Assembly (NCBI GenBank): GCA_026708645.1
Contig: JAPOUM010000032.1
Location: 1,929-65,928 of the forward strand
Source of the DNA: Acidimicrobiaceae bacterium
GTDB lineage: Bacteria > Actinomycetota > Acidimicrobiia > Acidimicrobiales > Aldehydirespiratoraceae
Length of the DNA stretch: 64,000 bases
Direction: 5' to 3'
Shown: piece by piece, positions 36,214 to 45,507 of the stretch
Position numbering within the stretch: the stretch's first letter is position 1
Layout of the letters: every line of letters starts with the position of its first letter
Notes under the pieces: model-generated
Told to the model about the DNA's origin: nothing
Database searches by the model: none
Seen by the model: the letters and a program-made list of their open reading frames with translations, nothing else
Position numbers and translations under genes: made by a program

Positions 36214-37362
36214 GTGAGCCTCACTCAGGAACAAATCGACTTCCGGGCCGTGCTGCGAGACTTCGCGGCCTCTGAGATCGCTCCTCACGCTCAGGCGTGG
36301 GACCGCGAGCACGTCTTCCCCGTCGAGGCAGTCCACGCGATGGGCGACTTGGGCTTGTTCGGGCTGATCTTCGACGAGGATCACGGCGGCTCGGGCGCCG
36401 ACTTCACCACGCTTTGCATCGCCATAGAGGAGATCGGGCGCGCCGACCAGTCCATGGGCATCACCTTGGAGGCAGGCGTGTGCCTGGGCGCCAAGCCGAT
36501 AGCCGAGTTCGGTTCCGCCGAGCAGAAGGCCGTCTATCTGCCCGACTTGGTGTCGGGGCGGCGTCTGGCGGGCTTCGGCCTGACCGAGCCCGACGGCGGC
36601 TCCGACGCGGGCGCCACCAAGACGCGGGCCGTGCTGGAGGGCTCGGGCGCCGAGGCGCAGTGGGTGATCGACGGCGCCAAGACCTTCATCACCAACTCCG
36701 GCGCCGACATCACCAGCCTCGTGACGGTCACGGCGCTGACCGACGAGGGCGTGTCGTCGATCATCGTGCCGTCGGGCACTGAGGGTTTCATCGTCGAACC
36801 GCCGTACCGCAAGCTGGGCTGGCACGCGTCCGACACCCACGGACTGGTCTTCGACGGCTGTCGAGTGCCCGAAGCGAACCTCCTGGGCCGTGCGGGGCAG
36901 GGCTTCCAGCAGTTCTTGTCCACGCTCGACGACGGACGCATCGCCATCGCCGCGCTGGCCGTGGGCCTGATCCAGGCCTGCCTCGACGAATGCATCGCAT
37001 ACGCCAAGCAGCGTCAAGCTTTCGGCAAGAGCATCGGCAGCTATCAGGCTGTGGCGTTCAAATGCGCCGACATGGCCGTCGCGGCCGAGACGGCCCGCCA
37101 GATGACCTACACCGCCGCGGCGCTCAAAGACGCCGGCGAGCCGTTCAAGAAAGAGGCTGCCATCGCCAAGCTCTACGCCACCGAAGCCGCGGTCTCGGCC
37201 ACCCGCGAGGCCACCCAGATCTTCGGCGGCTACGGCTTCATCGATGAGACCCCGGTCGCCCGCTTCTACCGCGACGCCAAGATCCTCGAGATCGGCGAAG
37301 GCACCAGCGAGATCCAGCGACTGGTGATCTCCCGCGAACTGGGCCTCGGCGCATCCGCCTGA
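36214..37362 (+). CDS. acyl-CoA dehydrogenase
   Basis: LTEPDGGSDAG, WHASDTHGLVFD and QIFGGYGF..YRDAKILEIGEGTSEIQR motifs. GTG start with AAGGAG upstream. Confidence 0.9.
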   Translation: MSLTQEQIDFRAVLRDFAASEIAPHAQAWDREHVFPVEAVHAMGDLGLFGLIFDEDHGGSGADFTTLCIAIEEIGRADQSMGITLEAGVCLGAKPIAEFGSAEQKAVYLPDLVSGRRLAGFGLTEPDGGSDAGATKTRAVLEGSGAEAQWVIDGAKTFITNSGADITSLVTVTALTDEGVSSIIVPSGTEGFIVEPPYRKLGWHASDTHGLVFDGCRVPEANLLGRAGQGFQQFLSTLDDGRIAIAALAVGLIQACLDECIAYAKQRQAFGKSIGSYQAVAFKCADMAVAAETARQMTYTAAALKDAGEPFKKEAAIAKLYATEAAVSATREATQIFGGYGFIDETPVARFYRDAKILEIGEGTSEIQRLVISRELGLGASA

Positions 37363-37385
37363 CGAGACTGCTGCTCGCTGGCGCC

Positions 37386-37397
37386 GGGGGGGGGGGG
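37386..37397. repeat. G12 homopolymer
   Basis: Twelve consecutive G in the 59-nt gap between convergent genes. Confidence 0.9.
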
Positions 37398-37421
37398 TGA
37401 GCCCCGCCGACGGCGGCGCCG

Positions 37422-38840
37422 TCATCCCTGGAAGGTTCGCCGGTCCACGAGGCGGGAGACTTCGCCGTTGAGCGACATGGTGTACAACTCGCCGGAGGCG
37501 TCCTCGCCGAAGGAGATCAGCCGGCCGCCGGGCACGTCGGCGCCCAGGTCGCGGAACTCGATCTCGCCGCCGGAGATCTGCAACGCCCAGAGCCGTGACG
37601 TGCAGAAGTCGCCGAACACGTAGGCCCCGTAAAGGTCCTCGATGGCGCTGCCCCGATAGACGTATCCGCCTGTGACGCTGCAGCCGTCGCTGTGGCCGTA
37701 CTGCCACACCGGGTCGACGTTGCCGGGCGGCTTGTCGCCGGCGAAGCTGTGCAGGCCTTCGCGCAGCCGCCAGCCCAGATTGGCCCCGGCGCCGCCTCCG
37801 TTGGCCGCCAGCAGCAGCGTCACTTCCTCGTACTGGTCCTGACCCACGTCAGCGATCCACAGGTCGCCGGTGTGACGGTCGAACGAGAAGCGCCAAGGAT
37901 TGCGGACACCGTTCAGGAAGATCTCGGGCCGCCTGCCGCCGTCGGCGTCGGCCGTGAAAGGATTGCCGGCCGCGGCAACGTAGGCGTCTTCGCCTGGGGG
38001 GCTGTCGGGGCGCGGGTCGATCCGCAACAGAGCACCCAGCCAAGTGCTGGGATCCTGGCCTGAGTCGAGCGGATCGCCTCCCGATCCGCCGTCACCGAAA
38101 GCGACGTAGAGGAACCCGTCGGGGCCTACGGCCAGGTCGCCGCCGTTGTGGTTGCCGAACGGCTGGGCTTGCATGAGGATGTTGCGCCGCCGGTCGCCGA
38201 GACGGTCGCCGTCGCGTTCGAAGGCATCGACGCGGCTGTCGCCTGCGAGGTCGGTGAAGTTGACGTAGAGCCACCCCTCGGTGACGGCGATGCCGAGGAG
38301 CCCGTGCTCGCCTGTCGTCCGAGTCTCGGCGCTGATGTCGAGGATCGTCTCCACCACCTCGCCGCTGCCGGGGTCGACTCTTGAGACACGGCCGACTCTC
38401 TCGGCGATCCAGAGCAGGTCGTCGCCGGGGGGCGCAGCCATGTCGATCGGCTCAGAGAGGCTGAGAAGCGGCTGCAGGGCCACTTCGGCGTCGAAGAAGT
38501 CGCCGTCGGGACCGACGGCGGTGGTGGCGGAGGTCGCTGTTGATGTTGCTGATGTTGTTGCTGTTTCGGGAGCGGTCTGCTGCTCAGATCCGGGCGTCTC
38601 CCGGCCTGCCTGCGCCCGCGCCGCCGGGTCCTGCTGCGACGCGAGCGGCGCGGCTGCTGCTGAGCCGGTTCCGTCGTCTGAGCTCGGCGCTGTGCCGCCC
38701 GGACCGTCGACGGCGGAAGTGGCGGTCACAACGGGCGCCGTCGGCACGGGGACCGCAAGCTCGTCGTCGGCCGCGCATGCCGCGCCGAGGAGCGCCGGCG
38801 TCGTCATAGTGAAACTCCAAATCAGGAGTCTGCGTCGCAT
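37422..38840 (-). CDS. PQQ-dependent sugar dehydrogenase-like (beta-propeller) lipoprotein
   Basis: Trimmed to the ATG at 38840, giving MRRRLLIWSFTMTTPALLGAAC (lipobox). HNGGDLAVGPDGFLYVAFGDGGSGGDP..NPWRFSFD pattern. Confidence 0.8.
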   Translation of the reverse strand: MRRRLLIWSFTMTTPALLGAACAADDELAVPVPTAPVVTATSAVDGPGGTAPSSDDGTGSAAAAPLASQQDPAARAQAGRETPGSEQQTAPETATTSATSTATSATTAVGPDGDFFDAEVALQPLLSLSEPIDMAAPPGDDLLWIAERVGRVSRVDPGSGEVVETILDISAETRTTGEHGLLGIAVTEGWLYVNFTDLAGDSRVDAFERDGDRLGDRRRNILMQAQPFGNHNGGDLAVGPDGFLYVAFGDGGSGGDPLDSGQDPSTWLGALLRIDPRPDSPPGEDAYVAAAGNPFTADADGGRRPEIFLNGVRNPWRFSFDRHTGDLWIADVGQDQYEEVTLLLAANGGGAGANLGWRLREGLHSFAGDKPPGNVDPVWQYGHSDGCSVTGGYVYRGSAIEDLYGAYVFGDFCTSRLWALQISGGEIEFRDLGADVPGGRLISFGEDASGELYTMSLNGEVSRLVDRRTFQG

Positions 38841-38893
38841 CCCCGAGCCTGTTGCTGCGTGCCGCGCCTTCGAAGTCCGGCGGCTGAGTCGCC

Positions 38894-39727
38894 TCACCGG
38901 GCGATCCGGCGGATCAGGCCCTCCTGCACCACCGAAGCCACCAGGCGTCCGTCGCGGGTGAACACCCTGCCGGTTGCCAAGCCTCTGGCGCCGCCGGCGG
39001 ACGGGGTGTGCTGGTCATAGAGCAGCCACTCGTCGGCGCGGAACGGCCCGTGGAACCACATGGCGTGATCGAGGCTCGCCATCATCACCGACGGGTCGCC
39101 TGCGGCGGTGCCGTGGGGCGTGAGGGTCGTGTCGAGCAGGGTCAGATCGCTGGCGTACGTCAGCAGGCAGGCGTGCAGCACCGGGTCGTCGCCGAGGACG
39201 CCGTTGGCTCGCATCCACACCAGCTGATCGGGAGGCAGAGGCCCGCTGCGATCGAGCGGGCTCGTGGTCACATAGCGGATGTCCAAGGCCTGCATCCACT
39301 TCCACAGATTGTTCGGCGATGAGCCGGGGCTGCGCTGCGCCAGGGTCTCGGGGTCGGGAACTCGCGGCATCTCGTCGGCGTGCTCGAAACCGTCCTCGGC
39401 GACATGGAACGAGGCCGCCAACTGGAAGATGGCCCTGCCGTGCTGGACAGCGACCACGCGTCGGGTGGTGAACGACCTTCCGTCTCGTATGCGGTCGACG
39501 TCGTAGATCACCGGAGTCTTGGGGTCGCCCGCACGCAGGAAGTAAGCGTGCAGCGAATGCACCGATCCCCGCTCGACTGTGCGGGCGGCGGCCACCAAGG
39601 CCTGCCCGGCGACTTGGCCGCCGAAGATGCGCTGACGGTCGTCTTCGGGTGAGCGGCCACGGAACAAGTTGACTTCGACGGCTTCGAGGTCCAATATCGC
39701 CACCACATTGTCGAGCGCTGTCTGCAT
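38894..39727 (-). CDS. tesB: acyl-CoA thioesterase II
   Basis: Trimmed to the ATG at 39727. LDLEAVEVNLFRGRSP..RIFGGQVAGQALVAA..SLHAYFLRAGD pattern. Confidence 0.85.
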   Translation of the reverse strand: MQTALDNVVAILDLEAVEVNLFRGRSPEDDRQRIFGGQVAGQALVAAARTVERGSVHSLHAYFLRAGDPKTPVIYDVDRIRDGRSFTTRRVVAVQHGRAIFQLAASFHVAEDGFEHADEMPRVPDPETLAQRSPGSSPNNLWKWMQALDIRYVTTSPLDRSGPLPPDQLVWMRANGVLGDDPVLHACLLTYASDLTLLDTTLTPHGTAAGDPSVMMASLDHAMWFHGPFRADEWLLYDQHTPSAGGARGLATGRVFTRDGRLVASVVQEGLIRRIAR

Positions 39728-39800
39728 CGCCCCATGATGCCCGCTGAAGCCCCGAGTCCGCGCGTTGCCGACGCTTTTGGCTTCCCTGTTCTCTTGGCTT

Positions 39801-40214
39801 CTAATTCCATGGGTTGACCACCTCAAGATCTAGACCCCAGAAATCCCCGGTGTTCCTTGTGGCGAGAGCCAGCCCGTTCGCGGCAGCGGTCGCGGCTATG
39901 AGGGCATCGCCAAGATCGAGGGAGCGGCCTGACTGTCGGGCCAGGGCACGAAGCCGGGCGGCCTCGGCGGCTTCAGCACGACCGACAGGAAGGATCCGGT
40001 CTGCATGGAGCGCGGCCAACGACTTCAAGGCTGCCGCGATCTTGTCCCTGCGCCAGCCGACCGGAAGCAACGCCACACCGTAGTCCAGCTCATGCAGAAC
40101 GATCGTCGAGAGCCAGAATTGACGATCAGCAGTCAGGAAACTCAGGACACTGCCATCAGGCTCGGGGCGGACCGTCTCCGACACGACGTTGGTGTCGAGC
40201 AGAACCCCGGTCAT
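39801..40214 (-). CDS. vapC: PIN-domain toxin VapC
   Basis: VLLDTNVVSE, LDLGDALIAATAAANGLALATRN. ATGA overlap with the upstream antitoxin. Confidence 0.85.
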   Translation of the reverse strand: MTGVLLDTNVVSETVRPEPDGSVLSFLTADRQFWLSTIVLHELDYGVALLPVGWRRDKIAAALKSLAALHADRILPVGRAEAAEAARLRALARQSGRSLDLGDALIAATAAANGLALATRNTGDFWGLDLEVVNPWN

Positions 40215-40507
40215 ATCGCGTCGGGATCCGAGCCGGCAAAGGGCGTGCTCCGATCGGAATGCCGGTGCGGAATCTCGAGTTCATAGCCCCTCGGCATGTG
40301 CTCGATGAGCCAACGGCCGACAGAAGCGTCCCGCGACGACCGTTCCTCCCAAAGCCTTTCCGGAACTATGACGAAGGTATGGCGCCTTCCGATGCGTTGC
40401 GGTCCATCCTGTTCGGCGCATCGCAAGATATGCGAAAGTCGTGCCTTGGCATCGGCAACCGTCCAAGGCGCCTGCTTGCTGACTGATCCGGGATCCATGG
40501 AGAACAC
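40211..40507 (-). CDS. Phd/YefM-type antitoxin
   Basis: WTVADAKARLSHILRCAEQDGPQRIGRRHTFVIVP pattern. Coupled to vapC. Confidence 0.7.
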   Translation of the reverse strand: MFSMDPGSVSKQAPWTVADAKARLSHILRCAEQDGPQRIGRRHTFVIVPERLWEERSSRDASVGRWLIEHMPRGYELEIPHRHSDRSTPFAGSDPDAI

Positions 40508-40514
40508 TTTCTTC

Positions 40515-40616
40515 GACTCGGTAAATATATAACGACTCGTAAATATAAACTAGTCTATACTAGATTAGTGTAGCTCAAGCGTCAACCTGAGCTTCAACCT
40601 AAGCGTCAAACTGAGC
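40515..40616. promoter_or_regulatory. AT-rich divergent promoter with two pairs of direct repeats
   Basis: gactcggtaaatata (40515-40529) and gactcgtaaatata (40534-40547). agcgtcaacctgagc (40578-40592) and agcgtcaaactgagc (40602-40616). Confidence 0.5.
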
Positions 40617-40681
40617 GTCCGGCGCGCCGAGCGCCGAGGTGCTCGACGCAGAGGCGGTGTTCACGCCAATAGCCTGCCGTC

Positions 40682-41128
40682 GTGTCGTCAGCGACCGCCG
40701 CGCTGCGAAGGCTGAGATCAGAGCACGGCCTGAAAGCTTTGCGGTACTGCGCCGTGTCGGCGGTAAATGTGGGCATCGGCAGCGGTGTGCTGGCGATTTG
40801 TCACGGCTTGCTGGACTGGCCGGCGGTGTCGGCGAACCTTGCGGCCTGGCTGGTGGGCACCGCCCCCGCATATGTGATGAGCAGGGCCTGGGTGTGGCAG
40901 CGTCGCGGCCCGCACCGGCTGGGCGGTGAAGTGCTCACTTTCTGGGTGTTGGCGCTTGTCGGGCTGGCCGTATCCTCGTTGGCGGTGGCCACCGTCGAGC
41001 GACTCGCCGACGCGACCCCGCTGGTGGTGGCCGCCAGTCTCGCTGCCTACGGGATCGTGTGGGTGGCTCGGTACATTTTTTTGGATCAGGTGCTGTGGAG
41101 CGTTAAGGTCGATGGCAAAGATGGATGA
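40682..41128 (+). CDS. GtrA-family membrane protein
   Basis: ALRYCAVSAVNVGIGSGVL..SRAWVW..FWVLALVGLAVS pattern with four hydrophobic helices. Confidence 0.75.
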   Translation: MSSATAALRRLRSEHGLKALRYCAVSAVNVGIGSGVLAICHGLLDWPAVSANLAAWLVGTAPAYVMSRAWVWQRRGPHRLGGEVLTFWVLALVGLAVSSLAVATVERLADATPLVVAASLAAYGIVWVARYIFLDQVLWSVKVDGKDG

Positions 41129-41777
41129 GAGCCTGCTGACGATGGATGAGAGCCTGCTACTGGCGGCCGAGAAGGCGCGGGGCTTCATGCCGGGCGAAGA
41201 GGGTCTGGCTCTGCACGAAACGGCGGCCGCTCTTGAAGTGGAAGGCCCTCTGCTGGAGGTGGGCAGCTACTGCGGCAAGTCGGCGCTGTATCTCGGCGCC
41301 GCTGCGCGGCAAGCGGGCCGGGTGCTGTTCTGTGTGGATCACCATCGCGGCTCCGAGGAGAACCAGCCGGGCTGGGAGCATCACGACCCCGAAGTGGTCG
41401 ACCCCGAACTCGGATTGATCGACACACTGCCGTTCTTTCGCGGCGCCATCAACAGCGCCGGTCTGGAGAGCACTGTGGTGGCTGTGGTGGGCGATTCGCC
41501 GACTGTGGCAGCGCTATGGGGCACACCGTTGGCGATGGTGTTCATCGACGGGGGACACGGCGCCGAGCCGGCGCACCGCGACTACGAGGGCTGGTCGCCG
41601 CATGTGGCCCACGGTGGGATTTTGGCGATACACGACGTGTTCAACGATCCCGCCGAAGGGGGTCTCCCGCCCTATGAGATCTGGTCTCGTGCTCTTTCTT
41701 CAGGGCGTTTTCAGCAGCAGACAGCGGTCGGCTCGCTGCGAGTCCTCAAACGTGTAGGCGGCGACGGCCGTGAATGA
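41112..41777 (+). CDS. class I SAM-dependent methyltransferase (Methyltransf_24-like)
   Basis: LLEVGSYCGKSALYLG..VDHHRGSEEN..MVFIDGGHG pattern. Frame of ORF 40926..41777 trimmed to the ATG at 41112. Confidence 0.7.
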   Translation: MAKMDESLLTMDESLLLAAEKARGFMPGEEGLALHETAAALEVEGPLLEVGSYCGKSALYLGAAARQAGRVLFCVDHHRGSEENQPGWEHHDPEVVDPELGLIDTLPFFRGAINSAGLESTVVAVVGDSPTVAALWGTPLAMVFIDGGHGAEPAHRDYEGWSPHVAHGGILAIHDVFNDPAEGGLPPYEIWSRALSSGRFQQQTAVGSLRVLKRVGGDGRE

Positions 41778-42981
41778 ACCGCTGCGAGAATCCCGCCGGT
41801 CGATGAGCGCCGGGCTGCGACAGCTTCTGGCCGGTTTGCGCCGCTTGAAGCTCGACCGGCGACGGATCTTGACGGGTGCGACGGTGTTGGGCCTGGTGAC
41901 AGTGGGATTGGTGAGTCTGATCTTCATGAGCCGCGACACAGCGCCGGACAGCGGCCCGGCGGCCGTCTCAGCAACCTCGCCATCGCTGCCGTCATCGCAG
42001 GCTCTGCCGATGATCACGACGGCGTCCGCGTCAGCGTCAGCGGAGCTGCCGTCAGCGAACATTGCCGCCTCCACCACATCATCGGCATCGACCACATCAT
42101 CGGCATCGACCACAACGACGACACCGACTACGACCACGACAACCACCGTCGCCGCTGCCGTCAGAGACGAGCCGCCGCCGGCCACGACCACAGCGCCGGC
42201 GGCCGCTGAACCCGTCGGCGATGAAGAGCCAGAGTCCGACAGACCGGAGTCCGGGGATGAAGACGGGCAGGCAAGCCTCGAACAGGGCCGAGCCGCAGAC
42301 CCCGGTCCGGGCACCGCCGCGAACACCGCTGCCCGCGAGACGCTGGTTTCGGAGGGCAACCAGGAATTGCCGGTGCTGCCGCCGGCTGAGGCGCCGCCGC
42401 CGCCTCGGCTTCCGCAGGTTGTTCCCGACGGCGACTTGGTCTATTTCACTTTCGACGACGGACCCCATCCCGTCTACACCCCGCAAGTGCTCGACGTGCT
42501 GGCCCGACACGGCGTGCAGGCGACGTTTTTTGTGATCGGAAAGATGGTCGAGTTGTATCCCGAGGTCTTCGAGCGCATCATCGCAGAGGGGCACACAGTC
42601 GCCAACCACACCTGGAACCATGAATCACTGGCAGGACTGTCTCGTGCGGAGTTCGATCGGACCGTCAGCGCTACTCAGGCGATTCTCGGCGAGCACGCCA
42701 CGCCTTGCATACGCCCCCCCTACGGCGCGACGGACGCATCCACCAAGAAGTGGTCCGCGGCGCACGGGCTGGATTTGCATATGTGGTCGGTGTCGCCCAG
42801 CGACTGGCTGCAACCGCCGGCCGAAGAGATCGCCGACTACATCGTGAAGCGGATCAGGCCCGGGTCGGTGGTGCTGCTGCACGACGGCGGCGGCCCGCGC
42901 GCCGAAACCGTCCGCGGCCTGGATCTCGCGCTGGAGCAACTAGCGGAACGCAACTACAACTACGCGCCGCTTTGTTTTTGA
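41770..42981 (+). CDS. polysaccharide deacetylase (NodB homology domain) with a TM anchor and a long low-complexity linker
   Basis: YFTFDDGPHPVYTPQVLDVLARHGVQATFFVIG..HTVANHTWNHESL motifs. Confidence 0.85.
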   Translation: MNEPLRESRRSMSAGLRQLLAGLRRLKLDRRRILTGATVLGLVTVGLVSLIFMSRDTAPDSGPAAVSATSPSLPSSQALPMITTASASASAELPSANIAASTTSSASTTSSASTTTTTPTTTTTTTVAAAVRDEPPPATTTAPAAAEPVGDEEPESDRPESGDEDGQASLEQGRAADPGPGTAANTAARETLVSEGNQELPVLPPAEAPPPPRLPQVVPDGDLVYFTFDDGPHPVYTPQVLDVLARHGVQATFFVIGKMVELYPEVFERIIAEGHTVANHTWNHESLAGLSRAEFDRTVSATQAILGEHATPCIRPPYGATDASTKKWSAAHGLDLHMWSVSPSDWLQPPAEEIADYIVKRIRPGSVVLLHDGGGPRAETVRGLDLALEQLAERNYNYAPLCF

Positions 42982-43084
42982 ATTGATCTGATCGCAGGCC
43001 GGGCGCGTCCAGCGGCATCAGGTCGGCATCAGCCACGAGCTGCTCTGCATTCGAGTGCTCTGAACGCAGTCGGATCCATTCGGC

Positions 43085-43205
43085 GTGCTACGCTGCCGCC
43101 CGCCGACAGGCAGCGAAGCCGGTTCGAACCCGGAACTGTCCCGCAGCGGTGAAGCTCCCCGGCCTCAGGCCGGAGAGACGAGTCCGATCGCCTGGCTGCC
43201 GGCTT
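43085..43205 (+). promoter_or_regulatory. cobalamin (B12) riboswitch, probable
   Basis: GAAGCCGGTTCGAACCCGGAACTGTCCCGCAGCGGTGA resembles the conserved core GGGAAGCCGGTG.GAA.CCGG.GC.G.CCCGC.AC.GT. GAGTCCGATCGCCTGGC is B12-box-like. It precedes a cobalamin uptake and salvage gene string. Confidence 0.65.
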
Positions 43206-43293
43206 GAAGGACCGACCCTCGAGGCAAGGGAAGGCCTGTGCGGTGGCGACCCTGCTGCTCGGCCCTGAACTCGAGCAGAAGGGAGACCCATAC

Positions 43294-44397
43294 ATGATCT
43301 TCACCGCAAACCGTTCCCAAACGGGCCGCGCCGCAAACCGGCGGGCTCTCGGCTTCACACGGCGCCTGTTCGCAGTGTCAGCGGTTCTCGCCGTGATGTC
43401 TGCGGCTGCAGGCTGCGGCGACGACGACAGCAGTGACGCAGTCGCTCAAGCCGCAACCACGACTGCGGCCGCCGAACCGTCCGCGACTGCGGAGACCGCC
43501 GCCTCCACAACAACAACATCAACAACGACAGCAGCGACGACAGAGGCCACGGCCACAACCACGACTGCGGCCGCGGCGCCCGCCACAACAGTGACTGTGG
43601 TCACTCAAGACGCAGGCGTCGAGCGGATCGTCTCGATCTCGCCGACCGCGACCGAAATGGCTTTCGCCATCGGCGCCGGCGACCTGATCGTGGCTGTCGA
43701 TCGGTACTCCTACTACCCCTCCGAGGCGCCGGTGACCGACCTCGACGGCTGGAGTCCCAACGTCGAGGCCATCGCCTCGTACGAGCCCGACCTGGTGCTG
43801 ATGCAAGGCGGCGTCGAGACTGCCGAGCAGCTCGAGGCGCTCGGCATCGATGTCTGGTCCCATAACGCGCCCGCCACCTTCAGCGACGTTTATCAGCAGA
43901 TCGAACAACTCGGAGAAGCTGTCGGCCTGACCGCTGAAGCAGCGGCGCTGAACGCTGAGATCAGTTCACAGATCGACGATCTGGTGGCCGCCGCTCCCGA
44001 CGCTTCGGGCCTCAGCTACTACCACGAACTGGACAACACGCTCTACACGGTGACCAGCGGCACTTTCGTGGGAGAGGTCTACGGGCTCTTCGGCTTGGAG
44101 AATGTGGCTGACCCGGCCGACTCCGACGGGAGTTCTTTCGGGTATCCGCAGCTCAGTGCCGAGTATCTGGTCGACGCCGACCCTGATCTGATCTTTCTGG
44201 CTGACACGTTGTGCTGCGGCCAGAACGCTCAGACTGTGGCCGAAAGACCCGGCTGGGATCAGCTGACGGCAGTCCAGAACGGCCGCATCGTAGAACTCAA
44301 CGACGATGTCGCCTCGCGCTGGGGTCCCCGCCTGGTGGAGTTCATCGCCGCCATATCCGAGGAGCTGGCGTCTCTAGATGCCGCAGGCTCAGGCTGA
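43294..44397 (+). CDS. BtuF/FhuD-like ABC substrate-binding lipoprotein (cobalamin/siderophore class)
   Basis: Trimmed to the ATG at 43294. Lipobox AAAGC. ERIVSISPTATEMAFAIGAGDLIVAVDRYSYYP pattern. Confidence 0.8.
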   Translation: MIFTANRSQTGRAANRRALGFTRRLFAVSAVLAVMSAAAGCGDDDSSDAVAQAATTTAAAEPSATAETAASTTTTSTTTAATTEATATTTTAAAAPATTVTVVTQDAGVERIVSISPTATEMAFAIGAGDLIVAVDRYSYYPSEAPVTDLDGWSPNVEAIASYEPDLVLMQGGVETAEQLEALGIDVWSHNAPATFSDVYQQIEQLGEAVGLTAEAAALNAEISSQIDDLVAAAPDASGLSYYHELDNTLYTVTSGTFVGEVYGLFGLENVADPADSDGSSFGYPQLSAEYLVDADPDLIFLADTLCCGQNAQTVAERPGWDQLTAVQNGRIVELNDDVASRWGPRLVEFIAAISEELASLDAAGSG

Positions 44398-44424
44398 GCC
44401 TTCTCACGGCGCGGCTTCGTCCGA

Positions 44425-45507
44425 GTGAGCGATCCTGACAGGAGCACCGGGTTGGGCGCCGGCACTGAGCCGAGCCTGCATTCAGCAGGTTTGACGCCCG
44501 TCGCCGTCGTGGCCGCGGTGGCGGCGGTCGTGATCGCTGCCGGCGCCGGTCTGGCTGTCGGACCCGTGAACATCGCTGTTCACCGGGTTGGTTTGCAGCT
44601 GCTCGACGCTCTGCCCGCAGTTTCGCTCGACTCGGGCCTCAGCAGCACTCATGCCGCTATCGTCGAGCAGATCCGCCTGCCTCGGGTCGCTCTCGGCCTG
44701 CTGGTCGGTGCCACCCTGTCGATGAGCGGCGCCGCCTATCAGGGCGCTTTCCGCAACCCGCTGGCTGATCCGTATCTGCTCGGGATCGCCGCCGGCGCCG
44801 GGCTCGGCGCCACCGTCGCCATCACCAGCAACCTCGGCGACGGCGCCGGAGCGTTCGACCCGGTGCCCATGGCTGCCTTCGCGGGGGCGCTGGTGTCGGT
44901 TTCGGTGTCGTATCTGGTGGGCCACATCGGCGGGCGCTCGGTGGCTTCGCTGATACTGGCGGGCATCGCAGTGGCGAGCTTCCTGACGGCCTGCCAGACC
45001 TATGTGCTGCAAGCCAACAGCGACGCCTTCCGGCAGATCTTCTCGTGGATTCTGGGCCGCATTGCCACTTCGGGATGGTCCGAGCCGGCTCTGCTGCTGC
45101 CCTACTTCGCGGTCACCGCGACGGTGGTGCTGCGCTATCGCCGTGCGCTCGACGTGCTGTCGGTGGGCGACGAGGAAGCTGCGGCGCTGGGGATAGCGCC
45201 CAGGCGGGTGCGTCTGATAGTGGTGCTGGCCGCTTCGCTGGGCGCGGCTGCGGCGGTGTCGGTGAGCGGCCTGATCGGTTTCGTCGGCATCATCGTGCCC
45301 CATGCCGTGCGACTCGTGTTCGGCGCCAGCAATCGGGTGGTGCTGCCACTGTCGATTCTGTTCGGGGCGGCTTTCATGACGCTGGCTGACTTGGCGGCTC
45401 GGACCGTTCTGACGCCGGCGGAACTGCCGATCGGCGTGGTGACCGCTTTTCTGGGGGCGCCGTTCTTCGCTTTGGTGCTGCGAACCAGCCGACGGGAGAT
45501 CTGGTGA
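44425..45507 (+). CDS. FecCD/BtuC-family ABC permease
   Basis: IRLPRVALGLLVGATLSMSGAAYQGAFRNPLADPYLLGI pattern. Confidence 0.9.
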   Translation: MSDPDRSTGLGAGTEPSLHSAGLTPVAVVAAVAAVVIAAGAGLAVGPVNIAVHRVGLQLLDALPAVSLDSGLSSTHAAIVEQIRLPRVALGLLVGATLSMSGAAYQGAFRNPLADPYLLGIAAGAGLGATVAITSNLGDGAGAFDPVPMAAFAGALVSVSVSYLVGHIGGRSVASLILAGIAVASFLTACQTYVLQANSDAFRQIFSWILGRIATSGWSEPALLLPYFAVTATVVLRYRRALDVLSVGDEEAAALGIAPRRVRLIVVLAASLGAAAAVSVSGLIGFVGIIVPHAVRLVFGASNRVVLPLSILFGAAFMTLADLAARTVLTPAELPIGVVTAFLGAPFFALVLRTSRREIW

